A stretch of DNA of 64,000 nucleotides from NCBI GenBank assembly GCA_951406725.2, contig OX597825.1, positions 53,134,001-53,198,000 on the forward strand, given 5' to 3'. Both the position numbers and the translations under genes were made by a program. The notes below the pieces were generated by a model. The model was not told where the DNA came from. It did no database searches and saw only the letters and a list, made by a program, of their open reading frames with translations. This document shows, in pieces, positions 13,525 to 26,619 of this stretch. The stretch's first letter is position 1. Each line of letters starts with the position of its first letter. Origin of the DNA: Octopus vulgaris. Taxonomy: Eukaryota.

Positions 13525-13564
<40 letters not shown>

Positions 13565-14461
13565 ATTATATGTCCCTCTCTTTAAAATTATGTGTTTAGA
13601 TGGCTAGTTGCCTAACATGTTGTGTTGATTTCTTTAACGTATGTTATCAATATATGGTAACATCCTGATTTCAGTTTAGCATGACCCTTCAGTAGAACTG
13701 ACACAGTTAATGCGAAACCTCTGTCCAAGCCGCTTAACAATTCTTGGAAATCGTTTGAAGTTTAAAAAGTAAAAAGTATACCAATGGAACAAAAATGAAT
13801 TACTGTTAGAAAAACGCTGCTGTCAGAACAATTACCTTAACGTCTTATAGACAAAGAACTTTCTGACCCGAAGAATGTTTCATTGAACAGGTTTAAAAAC
13901 TCACCAAAAATTGTGTTGTTTTTTGATAATGAACAGTTGCAAGATATAAATGCTAAAGTATATATACATACACACACACACATGTATATCTATAGATACA
14001 CACACAGAGGTGTATGTATATACATGCACACATACATACATACATACATACATACATACATACATACATACATACATACATACAAGCATGCATGCATACA
14101 TACGTACATACATATTTACATATATACATACATATGTCTCTGATATTAAGCATTGTATTTCTTTAAAGGAATCTATTCTCCGACTTCCTTTTACTTTTTA
14201 GTTTCTATAAATCCACTAGACGTCTCCAGTTATAAGAAAATAAGCATGGTTGATGCATAAAGTGAGAAATGACTTCGGGTACGTTGGTAAAAAAAATGAA
14301 GTTTTTAATGTAGGAAGATATTGTGATCCCCCTTCGCTTCTGTAATATATCTTCTGTTATATATCAACGTTAAGTCATGTTCCAAGGAAGTGAGTTACTA
14401 TTGACTTGATGCAGCCTGAAATAAATCTTCCACGTATTTATCATGTCTAAACAACTGTCAC

Positions 14462-14595
<134 letters not shown>

Positions 14596-14773
14596 TAATA
14601 AAGTGATGTTTTGGAAAAAAACATGGGAATATAAAAATGAATAAAAAGAATAATTTATTTAAACAAAAATCATGGAACTGCTGAACGAGAAGAAAATGGT
14701 TATGGAAAAAGAATTCTAGTTATACGTAAAGTATGCATATATCCATATCTTTCAAGGTACCTATATATATGTA

Positions 14774-14828
<55 letters not shown>

Positions 14829-14915
14829 AGATAGAGAGAGAGAGACAAAAAGTGAGTGTTTGTGTCTGTGCGTTTGAGTGTGTGTCGTACAACACGCACA
14901 TGTACATATTTACAT

Positions 14916-14955
<40 letters not shown>

Positions 14956-14969
14956 CTGTGTCCTTGGAG

Positions 14970-15101
14970 TATTTGCAAAGGGAGGCCATCCCTTCCTCGC
15001 CAGACTGAGTGATACGCTCGAACTAGTTTCGGGATTGTTGTCCCTCGTCAACGGGCGGTAACCACCAGATAGCGATGAATGTGGAGGCTCCTTTGCAAAT
15101 A
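14970..15101. mobile_element. Small MITE-like element
   Basis: Terminal inverted repeats tatttgcaaagggaggcc / ggctcctttgcaaata, TA ends, GC-rich interior. Confidence 0.5.
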
Positions 15102-15240
15102 GATATAAGTTTTTCTAATGGCGTCTGCTACTGATGTCAAAAAACGAACAGTAAGCATAATTAAATCTCAGAATGAGATTGAAACAGTAATCGCTCGATA
15201 ATGTAAAGTATTGAAGCCATCTTATCATGGCTAACCACAT

Positions 15241-15271
<31 letters not shown>

Positions 15272-15768
15272 TGCCAAGTTACTTTTAATCCACTTGATCC
15301 TTGATCTAAAACATTCCATCGCGAAAAACTTGTATCATCCTTAGACATGTTTATGACAGTATTTATCAGTGATTTTAATATTTCAAATAATAGGGTCTGT
15401 ATTAACAACGATTTAGCTGCTATTTTTAGCAGGTCGTCCCAGATACTTTACAAAAATATTGATTTCCTTTATTACTCAAGGGCCAATAAGGGCCATTCCA
15501 ATTTCTATAAGAATTATTGTTTTGTTTTTGTTAACAAATAGTTCAATACGAATTATGTTTTCCTACGCTAAACACGAAACAGGTTCCATGTATCTGTTAT
15601 GCAGGAGTCACGCATAGAATGAAAGTTATTTATTGTTCATATACGCAAACTGGATTCCACTATGATAGAATTTTTCTCTGGGGGGAAACTAAGACACACA
15701 CAAACACACACATCTTTATATATTATATATAAATATATACGTATATATGTGTGTGTATGTATATATGC

Positions 15769-15824
<56 letters not shown>

Positions 15825-16078
15825 CAAATATATATGTATATGTATGTATGTGTATATATATATATGCATATATATATATACTTATATATATTAATATATA
15901 TACATATATATACATATAAATGTATATGTATGTAAGTATATATATATATATAGTTGGAATTTGCAGAAAAAAGCAAAAGACGAAGACAGGTGTATAAACA
16001 ACAAACAGATGTATTAGTTTAACGCTCGGGAAGGTGAGAAAGTCTTTTACATTCCGAACAAACATTATTGAAAGTTTT

Positions 16079-16238
16079 CAACGTATACATTGGCTATAAG
16101 AAAGAGTCTGATACTGAGGCATATAAACCCGCGACGGAAAAAATATTGGTATTAGTAAACGTCTGTGATAACCACCTTTTTCGGCCGTTATTTTATGCCC
16201 TGATATTAGACTATTCTCTATAGTCAACATATACGGTA
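16079..16238. mobile_element. pogo-type MITE
   Basis: Ends acgtatacattggctataag and ctatagtcaacatatacggta are imperfect inverted repeats resembling the pogo TIR at 19025-19055. Confidence 0.5.
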
Positions 16239-16750
16239 AAAATTTAAGATTATGATTGCGAACATTTTTCACTCGTCAAGTTTCTCAAAATATATGTAAT
16301 ATACACGTATGTTCTTTCTGTCTGTACAAATGTTTACACGTGCTCTCAAACGCGTGTGGTATCTGTCAGATTTTTGGTACAAGAAATGATATGTGTAGTA
16401 CATAGAGGAGATTGATATATATATATATATATTACCTGATACTGATTTGTACTGGAATGTTGGCAAACAGAATTATTTACTGTACCTTAAATGTTTCATA
16501 AAGTTTAGTTATGAGGAATATTACTGTTTGCCAAAGCACAATAGCATGTGTGTTTTTCTATGTGTTCTTCTGTGCGTGTGTGCTTCTGTGTGTATGTATG
16601 TTTCTCTGTGCGTGTGAATATCAGATTTTAATCGTATAAATTAAAATCACTCTCCCTGTGAAAATAAATGTCATATATATAAATCAAATGAGACTATCTA
16701 ATCAGGTTAATAATACATCCAATATAGATTTTTAAAGCTTATTCCTACAG

Positions 16751-16816
16751 ATTGCTATTGAATTCAGAGTCAGCAATGAAAATTACGACGTTTCGTATAT
16801 GAATACGTTTGTATAA
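16751..16816 (+). CDS. Candidate terminal coding exon F (IAIEFRVSNENYDVSYMNTFV*)
   Basis: Strong acceptor gcttattcctacAG, phase 0 matching exon E, stop TAA at 16814-16816, AATAAA about 20 nt downstream. Alternative: donor ac|GTTTGT after 16806 spliced to 16873-16942 (TVVALSSASHPTHQVPPNLLDTH*). Confidence 0.45.
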   Translation: MAIEFRVSNENYDVSYMNTFV

Positions 16817-17579
16817 ACAATCCGATCGATGATAGGAATAAAAAGGTAATGTGTTTATATGCCTATTTCAAGAGTTGTTGCTCTTTCATCAGCATCACAT
16901 CCAACACATCAAGTACCCCCAAACCTTTTAGATACCCACTAAGTTAAGCGGTGTAACACAGTTGGCTAGAACATTTGGCTCTGAATTCTATAGAATATGT
17001 GTAGCGATAAACTTTGAAATGGGAACATCTTACTGCTAAAACAACATCATGTTAAAGAATTAACTAATAAATATGTAATATACTTGGTTGTATATTATGA
17101 TTGAGAAACAAAATAACGCGTCCTTACTAGCAATTAATGCTTACGTTCAAGCTACCAGGAATGTGCTTGATATGTGACATGTTCATGTTGGATAGCAAAG
17201 TTCGACTAGGAACCGCGCTTGCGTAGTTGTTGTTCGGTAACCGAGATTTCAGTAAGCTGAAGATTACTTACAATAACTGTTATCTCATTAAGTCCATACA
17301 TTTTAGAAACCGTTCTTTATAATGTAAAATTTTATCCTCGATAACACTAGTTGCTTTGTTTATTGTATTGGGACTTAATTGTCTCGATACTTGCCCTGTA
17401 TTTTGGATTTGTGCCTTTCATTATTAAGACACTTTTGCAGCAACTGACACACAAAACCATGCAGTCATATGTGCTATGATTGGGAAAAAATACAATAAAC
17501 TATTTTAAATTGTAAGGAAGTGTATGAAACATTATGACAAAATTGTCTGATCTTCATTAACTGATGAAGCACTGGAGCT

Positions 17580-19053
17580 AACATTTCTTGCACGGAATAA
17601 GTCATTATATAGCTCATCGTCTTCTGCACGATCCATGGAAGTTGAGATCCCTCACTTCAAAAATGATCTCATCACAAGTTCACTCAGTATTTCAGCCCAT
17701 GAATCTATTATCCACTGGCAAACAGTCTTAAGGTCAGAGTGTTTAAAATTTCCCAGCTTTTGCCATTTCCTTGTCCCCATTAATCATCCATTCATTTGAC
17801 TTGGCACGCATGTTCTCCTTAAAAAGCTTGTTCACTGACATGTCGCGTAGCTTAAGCACAGACGTACGTCTACCTGGAATCACTGCCGATCAGATGAGCC
17901 CTGAGCATATCCCATACAAGAAGCGACTTTGAATTAAGCATAGCCCCTGGGTGCTTGAACCACACGTCGTTTAACCAGTTCGTCAATACGGTTTCATCCA
18001 CCTACCCCTTCTACTGAACATACGCTACTATGCCCTTCGTTAACTTCTGTTTCGGGAAAGTTTTTTTTTTTAAACAACAGTACGAAACAATGGCTGCCAG
18101 TTTCGTACTGGCAGCCATACAAGCCAAAATTGCAGTGAAGTGGGTCTTGTCGCTCCCCGTAGTTTTTATCGAAATTTTGTTTTCCCTTTTACGTCGACTG
18201 TCCTAGTTCCAACCATATCGAAAATGGAGTGTTTCATCCATATTACCGATGGCTTTTAAGGCAAAATTTCGTAGGACTATTACATACCAACTTTGCCTTC
18301 TTTGTCGGCGGATAATTCCTGTGCGATACGAGTTCTCTGTTTCAGATTGTAACGTTTCATAAACCATGCACTCCAGCCAGGTGATGCGTTATAGTCAGAT
18401 ATACCATGTTCTTTAGTCACTTAGAGAGTCCGCAATCTAATGATATTTCTCGTGATGACAAGTCCATTCGTGCGTCGTAAAGTCATTCAATTTCTCAAAA
18501 TAGTCTCCATCTCCTCATTGGAACTCATCCCTATCCTAATTTTCTTTAACCATTTGATGTCGACGAATTTCATTTTCTCCTCTTTCAAACGCCAATACCT
18601 GACCACTTTTTCTGAGACTCCACATTCTGTTTCTGCAGCTCGATTCGAATGCGACTTTGGGTGTTCAACAACTTTCAACTTGATATAATTCGAATTACAC
18701 TTTCTCTTCATGTTAACAAATAACATGGCGTCGTATTGAAGGAAGGCAGATACGGTACACAAGCAAACAAGCATTAAACTCACTTTTTAAAAACTAATTC
18801 TTTATTTCATACTAACAGAAGTGAAGAAATTTATAAAGAAATATATAAAGATCGTCTTCCGTGTACTTCAAAGCTTAGGAATTAGCGATTCAGATTTTTT
18901 TCGGTTATTCCAAGTGTCGGAATTGCAGACGTGGATTGTCCTATAAAATATCTGAAGATTTTTTTTATAGGAGGATGCAATTATAAGTCGCATCCCCAAC
19001 AATAAATGAACATTTAAGGGAAAAAGGTGCGACTTATAGCCGAATATATACGG
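17580..19053 (-). mobile_element. pogo/Tigger-type (POGK-like) DNA transposon, pseudogenised
   Basis: Brinker-like DBD KLKVVEH..HSNRAAETECGVSEKVVRYWR, CENP-B HTH ASPGWSAWFMKRYNL, DDE_1 motifs IGNMDETP.FDM, KTTGSDKTHFTAILACMA and LLVWDMLRAH. One TIR TA|ccgtatatattcggctataagtcgcacc; the other was not found. Confidence 0.9.
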
Positions 19054-20230
19054 TATATGACAGTTATTGTCTCATGGAGGTAGGTTGTAAATTCATACAA
19101 ATAATATTCGAAGTAGTTGAATGTCTTGTAACTATATTTCACACAGATAAATTAAATAGGACAAGTGTGTGTCCGTGTGCATGTTTGCATGAGCGAGCAC
19201 GTGCGTGTGTGTGCATAGTCACAATAATAGAACATAATATTCTAACAGCCATTTTATTTAGATTTTGATAGTATCAATGGAACAAAAACCAATAATTTTC
19301 TTTTGGTTTTACAATGGAAATATTACAATATATTACGTACCTGGGAATATTCTTGTTTTGCAACTGGTAGAGGAATAGATTTTGCAATAGAAATTATATT
19401 CCAATACATGTTTGGCAGTTTTTCAGAAGTACCTTAAGACAAGCATTTGGTTTCTTTATAAAGATATAATTTATCTCATGCTTACGAAGAAACGCGTTTA
19501 AGTTTTCCTTTAGTTCTGATATTCTTATTTGTCCTTGACAAGCATTTTTCTAAGAAGAATTTCTTGCATTTCGTTTAATGCCTGACAAATTCCCATAGGA
19601 GAGTAAGAAGTTAAATATATTTGTCACAATCGATTATTAGCTTTGCTTACGCTCTTGCAATTAGCATAGTTATATTTCATGCTTTCCTTGCTTGTGTAAA
19701 TATAAACGCACGTATACATGCACACACAATGGTATACATTCATACTAACATATATACATATATATGAGCATATATGTATATATGTTTATATATATGTATT
19801 TATACACACATATATAGATACACACACACGCACACATATATATATATACACGCACATACGTATATGTTATAAATATATGCATGTGTATACATTTGCATGT
19901 ATATCTACTCAGACACTATATACTTAAATGCTAAAATTCTTACCAATCTTCTTAAATGTTTTACAAGTACTTGTAGATACATAAAATACATTCGAAATAT
20001 ATATGTACATTAATTCTCACAAATATAAATGCAAATATATATCAATGTATATAATTATACATAGAAATATGAGCCTATGTGATTTGCTATGGTCGTTTGT
20101 CTTTTGCTTCATACTTCTATCGTAAGACAGGCACATGTGTATATATATGGTATATATGTATGTGCGTGTCTCACGTACGTACATTTATTCACATGCATGC
20201 ACATAACATATATATATATATATTATACAC

Positions 20231-20270
<40 letters not shown>

Positions 20271-20649
20271 GTGTGTGTGCGTGAGTGAGTCCATCACTGT
20301 GTGTATGTGTGCGTGCGTGTGTGTGTATGCATGTGATGTCTGAGTGAGTAACTAGGAATTTGGTAGTCACTTCCAATTCATGTTACATTGCCATAATTCC
20401 AGCGATGCTGTAAAAACTTGCAGTTTCCGTTTTATTCCAAATGTTATAGTCATTTAAACACACACACACTCACATGCACACACTCACAATTCACGCTAGA
20501 GACACGCGCGCACGCAGGGACACATACATATATATATTCATGTACATATAATTACGTGTATATAAATATATATATATACATATATGTATATGTATGTATT
20601 TATATGTATATTAATGTATGTGTGTGTATATATATATATATATACATAC

Positions 20650-20703
<54 letters not shown>

Positions 20704-20756
20704 TTATATGTATATGAATGTATGTGTATATATATGTATATATACATACATATGTA

Positions 20757-20820
<64 letters not shown>

Positions 20821-21299
20821 AGTATGTATATGTATGTGTATATATATATGTGCACACTCATACGTATACATTATTGTCTCAATTATTTTTAATATTTAAT
20901 CAAAAGCAACCACGATTATGATCTCTTCGTGGATTAATATCACATCATTGACATTTAAATCTAGATGTTTTTTTTATCTTTTTTAAATGTTTCAAACCTA
21001 ACTTTCTGTTGCGATTTTGCCACAATAAATAATTTCCAAAACTATTTACTTGAAATATATTTCACTATTGTTAGAAGTATTTATATAGCTTTATTCGTTT
21101 ATTTTAATACTTTATTTCACTTAAATTCATTTCAATTTTATCATTACTATTTCTATGCAGTTTTTCTATTATTCTATTTAATTTCATTTAGAAATAATAT
21201 TTATTTATTTGATTTATTTATTTTGATCATTTCCAAAGTTTTGTTTGGGAGATTAATCTGTTAAACAATTTATTATCTGATATTTCGTTTTAGTTTCAT

Positions 21300-21376
21300 A
21301 ATAATGATAATAAATGATAATAATATTAATAATAATAATGATAATAACAACAACAACAATAATAATAATATTAATG

Positions 21377-21407
<31 letters not shown>

Positions 21408-21418
21408 TAATAATAATG

Positions 21419-21494
<76 letters not shown>

Positions 21495-21606
21495 TAATAA
21501 TAATAATGAAAATGTTGATGATGATGTCAGTGACGACGAGGATGATGATGATGATGATGATAATTATAATTATAACAATAATAAGAATAACAGCATTAAC
21601 AATAAT
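21300..21606. repeat. Imperfect (AAT)n/(GAT)n microsatellite
   Basis: Direct reading. Confidence 0.9.
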
Positions 21607-21788
21607 TAGAATTATCTTTATTGCTACTGATTATTTAACTAATTATTATTTGTATTTTGTTATACCTTTAATACTATTTTTGATCTCACGCTTTTACTCC
21701 ATGTAAATTTCCCGTTTCGGCTTGTTGTTATGCTGCTCTTGCACACTGATATTGCTTTTCATTGTTCTGTAATATCCAAATATGTCAA

Positions 21789-22125
21789 GGCGGCGAGCTG
21801 GCAGAAACGTTAACACACCGGGCGAAATGCTTTGTGGTATTTCGTCCGCCGCTACGTTCTGAGTTCAAAATCCGCGGAGGTCGACTTTGCCTTTCATCCT
21901 TTTGGGGTCGATTAAATAAGTACCAGTTACGCACTGGGGTTGATATAATCGACTTAATCAGTTTGTCTGTCCTTGTTTGTCCTCTCTGTGTTTAGCCCCT
22001 TGTTGGTATTAATGAAATAGGTATTTAGTCCGACTTTACATTCTGAGTTCAAATTCCGCCGAAGTCGAATTTCCCTTTCGGGGTCGATAATTTAAGCACC
22101 TTGTGCCTACAGTAGAAATGAATAT
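21789..22125 (+). mobile_element. tRNA-derived SINE family B with Nin/Deu-like domain; full copy plus adjacent partial copy
   Basis: Head ggcggcgagctggcagaa...gagttcaaaatcc (A/B boxes), then gcctttcatccttttggggtcgattaaataagtaccag (Nin-like domain); 22025-22125 repeats the central part. Confidence 0.8.
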
Positions 22126-22361
22126 TCTAATATATCTTTACAGTTTTGTTTATCTCGCCAACTGACTCCATCAAAATTACTCTACTCTTTCATTTTCCTT
22201 TCGTGCCTAGTTATGTAGTCCTCAATACATGCTCGTTCTTGTAACCAATGAGAAACATTTTTATTCCTCCACTTCTGCCTCGCCTTCAGACACCTCATGC
22301 TCTTCTTCCTCGAAATCGTCATCATCTCCACCAGCATCACCACCACTACCACCACTACTGC

Positions 22362-22470
22362 CGATGCACATATCGGCAGCCTCCTTGAGACATGCTCAAC
22401 TGGTTAAGGTCAAACAACTGACAAGCAGATCTGTGGTATTCAACAGAACATGTGTTGTAAGCAACCTTAT
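22362..22470 (-). repeat. Fragment of interspersed repeat family C
   Basis: Reverse-complement homology to 31420-31520 and 34675-34780 (cagat.tgcttg.cagttg...gagcatgtc...ggctg.cgatatgtgcat). Confidence 0.65.
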
Positions 22471-22559
22471 AAACCAAGAAAAAAAGACGTGTACATATTA
22501 ACACTTCGAATCATTTAAGATGAGAGCCGATTAGTGCCAATGTCTGGCACTGCATGAGG

Positions 22560-24450
22560 GCATTTTATCATTATTATCATTATCCTCATTATTATTAATA
22601 TATTGTCTTTGCACAGCTTCTAACGCTGTAGATGTACTCCGGTGCCAGCTGTTCACTACCACTGAACTAATGTAAAACCCCTTATTTTCGGGCACCATCC
22701 GGAGTATTCGAGCGGTTCCAAGCAGTGCTATTTTCTGCAAGTGCTCCATCCTTATTGAAGCCCCTACTTGTTCTATATACTTGTCAAGATTTTTACTCAC
22801 TATTCCCAGGGCTACGACAATCATTGGTACTACTACCAACATTTTCATCGACCACAACTGCTTAACCTCCCAATCGAACTTGTGATACCTATCGACGTTT
22901 CTTTCTACCTTATTGTATACCTTTTTGTCAGCTGGGCATGCTATATCTATGATCCATCATCGTTTGCTTTCTTTCTCAATTAACGCTATGTCTGGTTTCC
23001 TAATCATTTGATCTAATAACCTTGAACTCCATCTGGTCGCGGGGCCTTCCAGTTGCCCAATTTTTGCGGGGCCTTCCAGTTGCCCTAACTAAACCGACTA
23101 GTTTAGACAGACTACTGTTTGTTTCAGTTCTTGCGACCATTCAGCATACCTCTTGTGCTCCTTGTCTTTGCTCCAGATGTCACTAAAAAACCTTTGACTT
23201 TCAATGTTATCTGGTATCAACTTTTCGCCTGTACACTCTCCATTTATTTCTTTGTAGAATATCTACTGATGTTCTCTAAATAATCTATTCAGCTGGTAAC
23301 ATTTCATACTTTGGTCGTATCTTACTATCTTTGCTTTCTTTGCAACAAGACGCTGTTTCAGTTGCTCTTCCAAGCCATTTTTATGTCTCTCGGCGAGCAA
23401 GCTATCAATGTTACTTTCCTATGGTTTATTAGAGTTCTTACCTCTGTTTTCTGCTAAGAGATTACCTTTATCAGTATGAACTGTATTTTCATCGTTTCCT
23501 CTGCTACTGTTTTCCAACATCCGTCTTTTGATAGTTTCGAGCTCTACTTCTGCGACGAACGATTTTTTTTTATTCCTCTAGCTTGATCAAATAATTTCTG
23601 TTCCGTGAGTTGAAAAAAATCTCTTTCTCTCCATTGATCATAAGTACGTTGTCGGTATCCCCTAAGATGACCACTCCATGACCACAGCATTGATTTGTTT
23701 GTTCCATCTACGCCGTGTCTACTGATATCTTGCTGGATAACGGCAGCCTGCCGGATGTAACACTGTCACCAACATGTGCTTCAGTTTTATTATCACCGTT
23801 ATTCACAATATTTTGGTTTTTCATTGGCACTCATATGATGTGACCCCCTTCGGTCATGAAGGACCATGAGATAGCACCTAGAAAGTTACACTCCGAGGCA
23901 CTAGTTCGGGCAAGGTTGTTTATGGAAGACCAGCAGTCGCCCACGCATACCGGCCTCCCCTCTCCATGCCACCGATGTTAACCAAGGGAAAGGCAAATGC
24001 CGATACAGCTTGGCACCAGTGACGTCGGAGCTCATTTATTAACATGCAAGTGGCTGAGCACTCCACAGACACGTGTACCCTTAACAGAGTTCTCGGAGAG
24101 ATTCAGCGTGACACAGAGTGTGACAAGGCTGGCCCTTTGAAATACAGAAACAGGAAGAAAGAATGAGAGAAAATTGTGGTGAAAGAGTACAGCAGGGTTC
24201 ACCACCTGCCGGAGCCTCGTGGAGCTTTGGGTGTTTTCGCTCAATTAGCACTCACAATGCCCGGTCTGGGAATCGAAACCGCGATCCTACGACCATCAGT
24301 CTGCTGCCCTAACCACTGGGCCATTGCGTCTCCACATTGGCACTCATATGAGGTAGCAATAATCAGGTTGCGCAATTACCAGTGTTTTTTATTGTGACAC
24401 CATCACTAGATATATTATCAATCAGTGCATAAGAAGATTACAACCTCTTC
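22560..24450 (-). mobile_element. R4/Dong-clade LINE deletion derivative (N-terminus plus RLE, RT deleted), interrupted by a SINE
   Basis: N-terminal RRRWNKQINAVVME..RGYRQR..TEQKLFDQARGI; LGNWKAPRPDGVQGY*IK fused to RKPDIALIEK..IIDIACPADK..VVPMIVVALG..LQKIALLGTARILR; (AAT)-type tail. Confidence 0.85.
23839..24334 (-). mobile_element. tRNA-derived SINE family D, full length, with 17-bp TSD
   Basis: Head tggcccagtgg...ggtttcgattccc (A/B boxes); flanked by identical cattggcactcatatga at 23822-23838 and 24335-24351. Confidence 0.9.
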
Positions 24451-24919
24451 CTTTTATTTTTATTATTATTATCATCACTGATATTATTATTTTCACTTTT
24501 TACTACTATTTGTCATTGTTAATATTTCCTTTGATCTGCCATGAGATTTGGCTAAATTATTACTATTATTATCATTACTATTATTTCCATTTATTATTAA
24601 AAGGTATTAGCGAATGTTGTTTAGTTTCAACTGTTGTCTTGTTCTTGAGATCATCATAAATATAAGAGTGTTTAAAAGAATAGTAGGAGCAAGATAGACC
24701 GCTTGGTGAATAGATTACGTATCACAGTTCTGTAAGTAGATTCGGCAGATGGTGAGGAGATCAGCAATGGGCATTTCTCTGCGATAAGGAGACGAAATCG
24801 GTCTCACAGTCTTGGGGTCAGCAGACGTCAAATGTGTTTACTACTACTAGCGATCAATGAGAGCGCTGAGCTTGGCCGGTCACTTTGTTCTATTTTCAAT
24901 TACGGATAGAAACAATGAT

Positions 24920-25021
<102 letters not shown>

Positions 25022-25261
25022 CGTACTGATGTTAACCCTGTCAAATTTTTGAATTTCTGAATTGTTTATGCTTTAAAATTTTTCTTTTCGTTTCGTAAGT
25101 TCTGCTGTTATTTACAGTTTTTGTAATTGTGCAGGTTGCATATATTGGCAGAAGCTTACCTCCCTAAATTTTTTTTTTTTAATCGTGCATTTAATTGCGT
25201 TACAATAAAAGGTATGTGTACATATTCGGGTAGTCAGGTAACAAAGAAAGATAAAAGTTTC

Positions 25262-25690
25262 TCAGAAAATTGTTAATATTAAAGTTTCTAAATTGTTTTG
25301 TGATATTCGTTTGTATATCCGATGAGAGGAGACTGTAGTGTTTTTGCAATATAAAGGATGTTTACATTTTCGAATGCTCAGGGAGGAAAGAAAGGAAAGA
25401 AAAAGAGGGTAAAATTTTCGCTGAAAATTGTAGATATTAAAGTTTTAAAATGTACAATGATCTTTTGTACGTCCGAACAGAGAAAACTGTTGTGTTCTTA
25501 GAATGAAAAGGATGATTACATTTTCAAATACTCTGGGAGAAGGGAACGGATACGTATTCACTGAAGTTGTAGATATTTAAGTTTTTAACGCTGATCTTTG
25601 TGTGTTCGAAAACTGTAGATGTATAAGTTTCTTAACTTTGTTGAGGGAAATTTAATATACTCACAGGAAATTGTAGATATTCCAGTTTTT
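25262..25690. repeat. Degenerate tandem repeat, unit about 140-160 bp
   Basis: Recurrent gaaaattgtagatattaaagttt...aaggatg.ttacattttc.aat.ctc.ggga; two full units plus shortened ones. Confidence 0.7.
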
Positions 25691-25763
25691 GAGACTTTTT
25701 TACTTTTCAGTTTCCTGTTGTGTTGTACTAGTGTTCTGATAGAGTGCCAGCCTTGACAGCGGC

Positions 25764-25764
<1 letters not shown>

Positions 25765-25821
<57 letters not shown>

Positions 25822-26166
25822 CATTATCATCATCATCATCATCATCATCAACATCATCATCATTATTATTATTTAGCTTTGTCACAGGTTTTGGTGGAGC
25901 TCCCGGAGTCTTACATGCGTAGTTGCCGTGCTACATGCAGCCTACGGTACCATGCTATCCATTCTTTTCAGGTATCTAATACCTGATTATTCTGGCCATG
26001 CCAAGGAGGCAAACCTTTTGTAACAGTTCTACTGGGCACTCTATTTCAATTTCCTTTATATTGCTTTTCATGCCTTCTGATACGGTTCCCAAGGATCCAA
26101 CAATAATCGGCACTGTCTTCACCTTTTCAGTTTCCATAGCCGAGCTATTTCGTACTTTAGAGGGTT

Positions 26167-26242
<76 letters not shown>

Positions 26243-26510
26243 TGTCCTTCCTTCTTGGCTATTCATAGGTCAAAGATGTATGCAACATGAACTATATAGC
26301 AACTTGTCAACCATAGCTAGATCCGGTCTGTTATGCTCTAGCATCTGATCTGTTTGGATTGGGAAATACCAAGGGATTTCGATAGTCCCCGACTCCGCCG
26401 CTCTCTGCGGTTTGTGCTCATACTACGTCTTGCCTCTCTCTAACCCAAGATTTTCACATCTACTTACCAAGTGGGTCACAATTCTCACACCCTTTCCACA
26501 AAGTCTGGTC
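25765..26510 (-). mobile_element. R4/Dong-clade LINE 3' fragment (RLE) with (AAT/GAT)n tail
   Basis: YEHKPQ..WYFPIQTDQMLEHNRPDL, LKYEIARLWKL and VKTVPIIVGSLGTV..LLQKVCLLG; an internal (TAGA)n expansion lies at 26168-26240. Confidence 0.85.
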
Positions 26511-26619
26511 CCATTATGGCTGTCATCACAATCATAGTGGCGTACTACGCATGACGTGATTCCTGATTCACATATACGAACTCAGGTTGCGCCACCTACA
26601 ACGATTTATGTACAGTGAG

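Noticed and set aside
16751-16816. SEA-domain start (IEFRVSNENY)
   Set aside because: Only superficial similarity; no downstream exon continuing a SEA domain was found.
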